DNA from: Phoronis australis
Lineage: Eukaryota; Animalia; Phoronida
DNA: 64,000 nucleotides
NCBI GenBank assembly: GCA_002633005.1
Contig: NMRA01000078.1
Span: forward strand, 381,868-445,867
Reading direction: 5' to 3'
The translations under genes were made by a program, and so were the position numbers. The first letter of the stretch is position 1. The number at the start of each line of letters is the position of its first letter. Under the pieces are notes generated by a model. The model worked only from the letters and a program-made list of their open reading frames with translations. It was not told where the DNA came from and searched no databases. Below are positions 52,028 through 64,000 of this stretch, one piece after another.

Positions 52028-55000
52028 ATGAAGGCTCGCGGTGAGGTGAGAAATCTCCGAAATAAACGTCAATTTTCACATAAAATATCAAGATCGTGTC
52101 TACAGTTTGGTCACCACGATCAAGAAAAATTACCATTTTTCAAAGTCATTAGTAGAAGGGGTTGCTCAAAGCTGGGCATATCATCATAATGGTTGACAAA
52201 CTGGAAGTGATTTTGGGCACTGTCGCCATTTGCATGGGATACCTCTTGTCTGGCCTTACAAATTTTTTGTTGTTACAAATCTCGCTTAATGAATAGCTTT
52301 GAGAACTCAGGGTGCTCCGATAAAAATTACCGAGCTCGCACCTAGTGAGCTGGGTACTGTTTTTGTGAAAATCCGGGGTCGCCACGTCTAAATGCAAAGA
52401 AAGTGAAGAATCAGTAGTTACCGCAAATATCCGATAGGCGGCTCGTAATGACGAGGCAGCACTTCATTTAGTTCGTGGGCTAAGTTTAGCACAGTCGTGT
52501 AATTTTCATACTAATGCTGAATCTGGTCAGAATTATCAGCTTCATTTCTTCAGCTACATGCAGACCTATTGGTAAATTGTCGAAGAATTTTTTGAATGGA
52601 CGCTTGAAATATGGTCTATTTGAACAACATGTTTGGCAGTCAAGTGTTGCCACCTGGTGACTGCTAAGGTCAGGTAGATGTTACAGGTGCCATGTTGTTA
52701 TTTCCTGAGTGCAGTGTTGTAGTGGGGCGTAGGTGCAGCCAACCACCTTTTGCCTTGGCATTTGAACGTAGCGCCTATGCCAATGGCTATGCACCGTAAG
52801 TTACATTGATAGGGTGAGCAAACCAATATGGCGGAAATTCAGCAAGAGCGAAATTTTGCCATTTTTCATGATTTTCACAAGCTCATATCTATTAGCATAC
52901 TAAGTGGTGGAAAATGAAAAGTATGCCAGTAAAATATTTAATTTTTCTTCTTTCTAATGATATCCATTACTAATAAATTGGACATTAATTAGTATTTTTA
53001 AAAATTGAAGTAAAGTGAGCACTTCACAAATTTTTCACTCACCGGTAAATTCTTGTGACTTTCAGTAGGGGTCAAACTTTCAGCTGTTAAATGGCCGTTA
53101 CTGAACCGATTGTAATGATATTTATATCAAACTGTTTGCTACAAAATTCTGCTTTCAACCCTGAGTGTACACTTTTTATTTTTTTGACAAAAATATGAGA
53201 AAATGTACTTTTTTTAATTTACTGCCTCGCCACTCTCTCACCTGGAAAAATCCTGAAAGTGTACACTCAATGTCATAATCACTTATCATGTCCTAATCCA
53301 TTCCTGATCAAATTTTTTCACTTCATCTCACCATTTCCATTTAGGAACACTTCTAAAAAGGTAACTTCAGTCATTTTTCAAGAACCATGTTGACCTTTCC
53401 AGGGTTCAACCTAAACTCGAACCTGATTGGTCAAATGTATTCAACAGAACCAGTCAAAACTTCTCTAAATTACAAAAAGTGGCCCAAACCTGGTAAAATA
53501 TTTTCATTAAAATAATATAGAATAGTTTTAAAATTTAATTTACTTCAATTTTGGGGATAGAGTCATTTTTTCCTATTTTCTTCAAAAATATTTTTTGTTA
53601 CACTTTTACTACCTCGTGGGGGCGCTGTGATCAGTTTCATTTTTAGAAAATTACATATTTCACCAAAATAAATGTTCAGTCAACGCTGCAGTGCATCAAA
53701 ACATTTTAGAATACAAATATGCTCTTTTTGGATAGTCACCAACACAACACCTCTCAGTTTCTATATTATTTGATAGGAATGAAATGGATTTAAAATTTGT
53801 TGAAATTTTAGGGTCCAATTTAATTTTGTTTAATTAAAAATGCATATTATCATTTTTTGTCATTTTGTGTGCAATTTAAGATTGTGAAAACATTGATCTT
53901 ACTTGGGAAAAAAGATTAATTTACATAACCTCACAGGTTTTTAAATAAATAACGAAATACTCTGAAAAAGACTAGTTTTCTGGTTTTTGTTCATTTTGAA
54001 TTCATTTGTTATGCAAATTTCATTTTTTAGAATTATTTCAAAATCTTTTGGAGCAAAAGAAACATGTTCACTAAACCATAGTAATTCTTGAAGGGTTTTG
54101 TCATTTTCAAGGTAATAAGTTGCTGTCTTTTTAAAACATCACTTGTTCAACTTGGCTTCAGGGGCAAAAATGTCCGGTCACAAGCCGAAAAAAAACTAAG
54201 TCGATGGTGAATTTTTCAATTTTTGTTGTTCTTGTTCGTGCAAAATATAATAATTTGTAGTTTGGTGTCTATGTCATGTTGTTAACCTACTTGCAAAGGA
54301 CTCTCCATCTTGTTTTAAGAACATTGTGAGCTATGGATTCCCAAGTATAGTTGTCTAAACTTGCCATTTTCTGTGGCCTGAAATTTCTGGGTGCCGTTTG
54401 CTGAAAAAAAGGCCATTTTTGAGGCTCTAAAATTCAAATAACTCGAGAACCACCGAACCGATTTGAAAAATTCAAAAAGTTTTATAAACGGCATGTCTAA
54501 AGCTATCATTTAACACTCTTTTCAAGTGTTTCTGATGAAATTTGTATTTGGGTTTGCTCACCCTAACATTGAGTGCTCAAGGTGATGTGGTGGTCTCTGG
54601 GTGCCTACTTACCTCTAATTTTACCACTACAGCACATACCATTATCATTTCCAGTGTTGTGCCAGACCAAAAATCCAAACAAAATGCAAAAGTCAAATAT
54701 TTGTCATGTTTTTGCACCATATTTTCATTTCTGCTAGTTCATATAAGTGGCCAATTTTGTCATTTCTTGCGTTGAGCTGAGAAAATTCTGCTTCAGCACC
54801 ATGTTTGAAACATGTGAAGAGAACACTTGTTATTTGAGTAACATGTTTGCTAACAGCTATGTTTGGCCTAAATTGGCTCTCATAATTTGGGACCATTATA
54901 TACCTTGGTTTCGGGGACTGGTAATTGTTTCTTTCAATGGCACCTGATTTTGAGAGCCAGTTTGAATGTCTGAAAAGCTTAAATTGAGTGGGAGTAACTG

Positions 55001-58000
55001 TTAAGAAAATGAATCTGTGCTCGATTTGGCGACCTGCAACTCGCCAATTTGACTTCAGATTGTGTTTGGCAACCTGGGAAAATCCCAAGTCGCTGCAGCG
55101 TGTGTCAAAGTCAGACAAACATTTCTCCGAAATTCGTTTCAAAATTTGTGGTGACTTCCAAACTTAAATTGATAAATTTTTCCTAGACTCAGTACCTTTG
55201 AATCGCTATCGTTCCATTTATTTCGTGAAGTCAGTGCATTTGCCACCGTCACTCAACAGTCAGCACACATCAAATATGTGCTTAAAGGTCAGCCTATGGA
55301 AGATACGCCTCCAGTGTATCTGATTGTCTGCATTCTTCATTGGCGGGAGGAATTCGAGTTAGAAATTGAAAGATGCTTATTTAGAGGGAGGAATTTAAGG
55401 TGCACGTCTGATTTTTTAAAACGGAGAATGGCATGACATATTTTTTTTGGTCGGTGGCTGCGACCTCAGTTTCATTTGGTGATCAGGGATTTTTGCAAAA
55501 TCACATTTGGCGACTTGGCGTGGAGCTGAGTGTCGAGCACTGCAAATACATCGAGGCTATTCTCAATGCTCTTGATGCAGATCACAATTTTAGAATTGTT
55601 TAGTGGATTCTTTATGAAGTAATCGTTTCCTCTTTCGATTACGTTTTCTTTTCTGTTTGCAGCTGAAAGAGTACAAGGTGATTGGGCGGCGTGTGCCCAC
55701 CGACAAGGTGCGCCAGCCCCCTCTCTTCCAAATGAGGATATTCGCTCCAGACATGGTCACCGCAAAGTCACGATTCTGGTACTTCGTCAGGCAGCTCAAC
55801 AAAATTAAGAAGAGTTACAGTGAGATCGTTTGTTGCCAGCGTGTAAGTAATGTACCTGTGCTGTCTACCTTTGACAACCTGATTTTCCGTTTTCGAAAAT
55901 AGAGAAATCCGTTTTACTAATCCAAAGTGGTAAAAATGACCTCGGGATTGCCTTAATATTTTTTGCAAAAACGGAAAAGGATCAGGGACAACTTCTAAAA
56001 GAATGAAAAAGCTATTTGAACATGCCAGATGCGAACGAATATTGATTGAGTGGCCAGAATTGTGGAATTTTATGGTTAATTTTCTTGATTTTTTGGTAAT
56101 TAAAAACCGAACAATGTGATATTTACTACTGAAGTATGTGAATTGCTTTTGAGACCTCTAATTCCGTGGAAGAAGTCAGATTCCGTGAATGTCCATATTC
56201 CGTTATCGTGGAAAATAACCTCTACCAGCATGCACACGCTTAGTCGCCTTCCATGTTAGGGAAGATTATTCCTAGCCTGGAGCTACCACACTCTATATGG
56301 GAGTGGCGAAAAATATGCATGTATCAAGAAATACACCTTTGTGGTATGAGTAAATAGTCGAGCATGCTTTTGAGGTATCCAGTTCGGTTCTTTGTGGTAC
56401 AATGAAAAGTGAGTGGGTGAACCACGTTGAGATGAAATCACTTGCATTTCGAAACGACTGTGATATCTGTATATTGTTAGATTTCACAGAAAGAAAATGC
56501 ATACAGCAAATGTGTTACTTGATCCCTGGTTGTCAACTGTTGTGCTGAAAACCTCAAAGTACTGTAACATACAGGGTGAAGTGTTTTTTTTTTACTCAGC
56601 TTCCATGCCACGCCATGACGTGCTGCCACTGGCTACTTTGATTGTAATGTATAGATGTATCAGACACATAGCTGGCAGTGTTGTGCATGTTGTGCTTCTG
56701 TGCTTGTTTAAAAGAGACTGGTTGAATGAAGAGGCATTGACTACTTCACTGTTTTATTTATTAAATAGGTCGAAAATAGCTTTGTGTTTATAGATCAAGA
56801 AAGAAATTGTTCAGTTTTGTACACTACGACAGCCATCAGTAATTTATTTTGGCAAATAGTTAGTCTATTTTACATTGGAGAAGCATTATTTCAGTCAATT
56901 CTTGACTGTCCCCATGACAAGAGTTAGATGGTTTGTCTTTGAGTAGTTTGCTGATGCAGTACAAACATGGCAGTTTAGCATTTACTGAAATCTAATGGAA
57001 GAATTTTTACTATAGAATTTGAGATGCAGAATTATAGTTGGTCGGCTATCCAAGCTTGATATTCCTGTGAAACTATTCCAGATTTATGAGAAGAAGCCCC
57101 TGGCTATCAAGAACTTCGGTATCTGGTTGAGGTACGACTCTCGTAGCGGTACCCACAACATGTACAGGGAGTACCGCGACTTGACTACGTGCAAGGCCGT
57201 CACCCAGTGTTGTAAGTAACGGACCAAAGTTCACCCGAGTCTCAACTTGATTAGTATTACTTGAGATTTTCAAGCGTGGAATTGCACCTAAATTATTGTC
57301 ACTGAGCTCAGTCAGACGTGGTCAAATTTCAATTTGTAGAAAGCTGCGTTAAAAAAAAAAAATAATTGCAGGTTGTCTGATACACGTTGTATCAGACGTG
57401 CGCAGGCCTCGCATGTGGGCCCATTGCACTGATCACCTGGAAATATTTTTATGCTTTATTGATATATGGTTAAAACCGAGCTGAGGAGCTAGAAACCTGG
57501 CTCAAGGGTTTAGCAGTGTGACCTGGTGGGACTTGAACCCACAACCTCGAGTAAAGAAAGCGGGCTCTTATCAACCAGGCCACACTGCCTCCTCATACAA
57601 GCTGCGTTAGTGAAACGGGTTTTGCTGATTTTGGTTGTAGCTAATTATAGTTCCGTTTTTATGAAGCACGCTCCCTGTTGGCCAAATGCTGTTTGTCCCA
57701 TTTTAGTAACAAGCCTGTTTATAACTGGGAGGCATCACATTATTATAAATAGGTTTGTCATCAGTGAGGCACAAATGACCTACAGAGGGCGCTCTACATG
57801 AAAATTGCCCATTTAGATTCTCAAGTGTCCACTTAGATGATTTACATTGCGAAATATATGTTTTTTCACTGTTCACCAGTTACATAACTGCAATGTGGTC
57901 TTTATAAGAAGGCCCCGGTCAGCAAAGATTTGTTGTGAATGTTGGTGTTAATTCCGTAAGGTGTACATTAGTCTTCTATTCAGATCCTTGTGCTTTATGT

Positions 58001-58640
58001 GCTAACACTTTCTCTTGTGTTTGTAGACCGTGACATGGGAGCTCGTCACCGTGCACGTGCTCACTCGATCCAGATCATGAAAGTGGAGACCGTCCCAGCC
58101 AACAAGTGTAGAAGGGCGCACATCAAGCAGTTCCACGTAAGTACACGCAGTACTACCAACAGAAGTGTTCAATCGGACTGGAATTTTCTCATCAAGAAGG
58201 GACCAAATTTTCAGAGAAATGTCTTTTGGCTGATTCTTATCGTTTTCAACAGGTCCGGGTGGAGAGAAGTTAGTTTTGCTTTTGAGCAATTGAGATTTTT
58301 GTGTTGTAAATTTCTTATTAGGTGGATGCACAGATATGTGCATTTACAATTAATACTTCGGATGCCTTTGCTATTGCCCTTGGGTAAATTTAAAATTGAT
58401 AATTCTGGCATGATGAAAACAATGATAAAAATTGCTGTCTGTGTATATGTACATGAGTTTGACAAGTCAATCTAGTCTCTGCTTAAAACTGTATTACTAT
58501 ACTGCCACCTTCAGGGTGCTAATGAAGTTATTATTGGTTTACAGGATAGCAAGATTAAGTTCCCCCTGCCTCACCGTGTTGTTCGTCAACTACACAAGCC
58601 AAGGTTTACCACAAAGAGACCACAGACACACTTCAGTTAG
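52028..58640 (+). CDS. RPL18A: 60S ribosomal protein L18a (eL20), 177 aa; exons 52028-52045, 55663-55842, 57082-57211, 58027-58136, 58545-58640
   Basis: Spliced product [16 protein letters not shown]...[16 protein letters not shown]...[35 protein letters not shown]...[17 protein letters not shown]...[12 protein letters not shown]...RPQTHFS*. All junctions GT-AG and in phase. Confidence 0.98.
52810..54565. mobile_element. Non-autonomous DNA transposon (1756 bp) in RPL18a intron 1, 15-bp perfect TIR, 7-bp TSD
   Basis: TIR tagggtgagcaaacc / ggtttgctcacccta. acattga at 52803-52809 and 54566-54572. AT-rich interior with no long ORF. Confidence 0.85.
56442..56576 (+). ncRNA. Candidate H/ACA box snoRNA in RPL18a intron 2
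   Basis: Hairpin 1 (tgcattt/aaatgca lower stem, ctgtga-atct/agat-tcacag upper stem, internal pocket). H box ACAGCA at 56503-56508, about 14 nt from the pocket. Hairpin 2 (tgttac/gtaaca, ggtt/aacc). ACA at 56571. About 135 nt, sense to a ribosomal protein host. Confidence 0.7.
57445..57592 (-). mobile_element. tRNA-derived SINE family copy in RPL18a intron 3
   Basis: Minus strand ggaggcagtgtggcctggttg...gggttcaagtcccaccaggtcacactg (A/B boxes), with the tail shared with the 10088 copy. Confidence 0.7.
57842..57970 (+). ncRNA. Weaker H/ACA snoRNA candidate in RPL18a intron 3
   Basis: acattgc/gcaatgt and tatgt/acata stems, H-like ATAAGA, a loose second hairpin, and ACA at 57965, about 60 nt before the acceptor. 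Confidence 0.35.
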
Positions 58641-59859
58641 ATGGCTATTATTGGCTGTTCTGTCTATTGTAATATAAAATACAAAAACTAACAATGAACC
58701 TTTTGATTCGTTTTCTTCAGGGCTTGGAATTTTCCTCTTTTAAGATTTCCTCTTTTTTGGTTTCAATTTTCTCTTATTTGGTTTCCAGTTTCCTATTTTT
58801 TATCTTTTTTAACATTAATTCGACTTTATTCAATGCAAAAAACGTTTCCTGCAACACAAAAAGTATATCTATCACAAGTCTATTTGTAGAACAATATATC
58901 ACCTGGTAAATTTTCATATTTTGTCATGGGTCATTCCAAGCCCTGTTTTTTACACTCTAGGTGATGCAGTCAGTGGCCAGTCGAGTAATATTTCGACCTG
59001 ATGGCTAACTAAGAAATTGCATGGCCTAACCAATAGTCGGGCATTGCTTCTTTCGAACAACAGATGATAGTCAAGGCACTGGGAAATGATACACTTGGAT
59101 GGTACATCCTCCTGTAGGCTTATTGGTATTATGAAATAAGAAATGTGATTTCCCTGTTTTTTTTTCTATTGGCATACTCGGGTGCAGGTCACAATTTTGT
59201 GGAATGATTTTACGTCAAATGATTGGATTCCTTAAAATGTTACAAATAATTTCTTTCCATCTGATGTGAATTAAGACTTGGACAACAGTGATGAACAGGA
59301 AGGTGATCATGCTGGGTGTTTTGTCATTGCCATGCACCCGACTGTCAGTGGCCATTAGCAAAATTATGCTGTGTACCTACAAAATATCACTAAGCGCAGT
59401 GTGCATCAAAATGGCTCTATCTAGGTGTTTGGAAGTGGTATGATCTCTGAAGTTCAGTTGCCGTCAATAGGTTGGGAATCTTGAATGGGCTTTCCCTTGT
59501 AGTTGTTTGTATTCAGCTATGTAAAATGGCCTATTCCCCCAATGAAATATCCACAAGGCTTCGCAACTGTATGCAGGGGTGTCGTGCCATATTTGGTTAG
59601 TGTTGGTAAAAGGTTACTAAGGGCGATGTGACCTACCTGGGTTGGAATTGACAGTGCATGAAGCGTAAATGAGCGAGTTTTTTATTAATAAGCTACAGTA
59701 CAAGGGTTGATATGTTGTAAAGCGAACTACAAATAACAAGTTTGCAATGTCAGCTACGCAATTCCTGCTTATAGACAAACTAGTAACTAACACTTAGACA
59801 GCTACAGGCATACTATACAGAAACAGGAAATATATTAACGTCACCTGTTGGGAAGCTCC

Positions 59860-60165
59860 AGCCAGGACACGTTATTCAGACAAAGGAACATCTCTGTTAA
59901 AGTCACATGTAGCTTGGCTACACCCAGGACACATGCAATACACACAAAGGAACATCTCTGTGTTCAGCTACCTGAAGCATAGCTTCACCCAAGACACTCT
60001 TTTGGCATCTTGTAAAGACAAAGGAACATCTCTGTTAAAGCTACCAGTAGCGTAATTTCTCTCAGGGCACATATACAGACAAAGGAGCATCGCTGCATTA
60101 AAGCCACTTATAGCAAAGCTCAACCCAGGACACATGCTATACAGACCAAGGAACATATCTGTTAA
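59860..60165. repeat. Degenerate tandem repeat (about 5 units, core caaaggaacatctctgttaaag)
   Basis: The core recurs near 59881, 59946, 60019, 60080 and 60147. Confidence 0.75.
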
Positions 60166-60599
60166 ATGAATGATTATACATTTGTGGAAAACTAGTCTTA
60201 TTATAAAAACTTTGTTTATTTCTTATGAAAAACACAACTAACACCGGGACTCACCACTGAAATATATACACGTCCCAAGGTAATAGTCATACTATTTGTG
60301 AGCCCAGGCCCCTGTATCACTTAAGAATTGCAGATCAATGCTTCAACTTGTACAGCGCAGGGCTTGGAAGTCCCAAGCCCACTGGTTTGTGCAGAATTTG
60401 ATGTGATTGCCATGAACTTCAGTTTCACAGAAAGATATCGGGAAGGTTCAATGTAATGCGGCTGGCTGTTATTGATACCCCAACTACTGAGTCAAAGAAT
60501 TGCCGAAAGTCAAAAAAATTAAGGTCACGAAAGCCGTGATTGTTGCTGAGGTGCTCAACCAATTTGTTAAAAAAACAAGCTTAGAAACACTTGTGCCCT

Positions 60600-60815
60600 G
60601 AAATGATGCAGGCAGGCATTTTTCTATAAATAGTGATGCGTAGCTTTCAAAATGAGTCGGGCACAGACGAGAACCAATTCGCATGCTATCTTCTTTGACT
60701 TCAGGTATCCATCTTTGGTATGGGTTTGGTGACAGAAACTTACCCGTCCTGACGAGCAACTTATGGGCCTGGTCTGAACTGCAGTAATGTTCTGTCGAGT
60801 CCTCTTAAAAGCCAT
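60600..60815 (-). pseudogene. Frameshifted THAP-domain-like remnant (probable DNA transposon relic)
   Basis: Adjacent frames give ...GRVSF... then ...QRWIPEVKEDSMRIGSRLCPTHFE..., matching the THAP pattern SF..P...W...(S/R)LCxxHF. Confidence 0.45.
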
Positions 60816-61882
60816 GCATTTCTAACTTATATATTCCATGGCAACATTGTGTTAACAAGTATCAGTCATATACTTGCAAGATCAAGTCATGTGAACAAAA
60901 ACAATTATACAGTACATTTTAGTTGAACTAAATCCAAAAAATAATAACTCCCAACAAACAACAAAAAAGCCCCAAAGAATGAATTTTCCGTCACATATCA
61001 ATCAGGCTTATAGGACACATTATTGGTAAAGATAGTCCAGTCTTGTACAACGTTCACATGCCATCCAACGTCTGCTACGCCATGTGAAGAAATTTATGTA
61101 GGATGGCAAATCTGCTCACCATACCATCAGAAGTCTACATTCCAATGACGTAATATGTAGTTATCCTCTTCTAAATCTCCTGTCTTGGTAATTGCGTGTG
61201 ATTGGCCAGAATAACAGTTCTCTTTTCATTACAAGAATTTATGGTTGTTTCCAAAATTCAAGTTTACCACAAGTCCAAACCAAGTCTTATGAAAGTAGTG
61301 GACTAATAAACATCAGCTGTAGATGCCACACTAAAAAAAAAGCTACAGCAATCACCTAGTGTACATAAATAACACTAAAGTAGCAGTGCTTTATCAATAA
61401 GGAAGTGTGATGTGCTGTTGTAACTAAGCAAAATGTACCAATCAATGGTAAGGGCATGTGTCTTACCTCTGTTAACAAAAATATTGCTTCATATTCATAC
61501 GAGTAAAGCGCACAAATAAAAAATTATTGTGTAACATGTGGGAATTGATTGTAGTCTCAGGAAAGACAATTAAAGCCATGAGAGTGTACGCACAGTGTTC
61601 TTAATTAACAATAATAACAATGAATAAAATGACCGATGGACAAAGCTTAACTAATAATGTAAATGTAACTCTTAAATTGCATAATTTATAAACACTTGGA
61701 CAGATTGAAATTCATTACAAACGGACAACTACAATATTTCCACAACTCAACAGGTAACCAAAATGTTCGATGTTGGGGACGAAGCTACTCATGATCACGA
61801 GTCAGTGCGTAAGCAAAGCAATTGACCAATTATATCATTACAGCCTTCCTGTGACAGCGTGGAGAGTTGAAAAATCACCACT

Positions 61883-63486
<1,604 letters not shown>

Positions 63487-63785
63487 CTGAGAACGGAGAG
63501 AACATCGAGTAAACAGCTCGCCTTATCAGGACGGTTAAATTCCTGAACAAACCGCAAGTTGCTTGATGACAACGAGAGATTTCACGCCCATACACATTAG
63601 CTGATGGCGTTAAGATAAGATTTACCTAACAAAAAGACGTTACTTGGTTTTCACTTTTTGATGAACTAGTCTACTCATATTGATGATAACTGTGTGTCCA
63701 GCTTATAATCCATAAAGTGCCTAATACATCACGGCTATTCTGTGTTATGTCTTGTAATGATGACTGTTGTGTTATAGCGGCAATA

Positions 63786-63881
63786 GTCTGATACAAAGTG
63801 CCCTTATTTTAAGAACCAGTTTGATGCCTGTTATTCAGTGGAGAAAACTGGTTCTCAAAATTCGGGCACGTTACATCAGAC
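63786..63881. mobile_element. Second copy of the about 95-bp palindromic element (NAMPT intron)
   Basis: Homologous to 23144-23238. Confidence 0.8.
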
Positions 63882-64000
63882 CGTTACCTATTAAAGCAGC
63901 ATCAACAAGTTGAATGCCTTGTTAGTAAACATTAGAAGCTTCCTATTCACACTGCATAACTAGCATAGAAAATCTTAAGGACTGCTCTAAGCTAGGAGAG

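Noticed and set aside
57281-57345. SNORA68 homolog (attgcacctaaa resembles the vertebrate 5' end as I recall it)
   Set aside because: Short match only, with no convincing closing stem, guide pocket or second hairpin-ACA.
58410-58480. C/D box snoRNA (ATGATGA at about 58410)
   Set aside because: No CTGA D box or terminal stem at a suitable distance.

Overview
Eukaryotic (invertebrate animal, probably lophotrochozoan) draft genomic DNA with spliceosomal GT-AG introns and three assembly gaps (about 12829-12911, 22038, 37492). Reading splice sites and phases by hand gives five protein-coding genes. (1) An intronless Shaker/Kv1-type potassium channel (7670-9067, +). (2) A 9-exon WIF1/shifted-like gene (32522-19807, -; signal peptide, WIF domain, 5 EGF repeats, very basic tail). 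(3) MIC19/CHCHD3-like (51755-46916, -; last exon not resolved; absent from the ORF track). (4) RPL18a (52028-58640, +; 177 aa), head-to-head with MIC19, with a 5'TOP-like start and a good intronic H/ACA snoRNA candidate. (5) The 3' three exons of NAMPT (63486-61883, -). The rest is decayed LINEs, tRNA-derived SINEs, many MITE/non-autonomous DNA elements and tandem repeats. Two gap-flanking duplications are probably haplotype assembly artefacts. I see no evidence of a new multi-gene system. The most unusual structure is in MIC19 intron 1: an inverted copy of the gene's own exon 1/5'UTR brackets a fold-back transposon with a 9-bp TSD, giving a nested palindrome in the pre-mRNA. All calls come from reading the sequence; no database searches were run.
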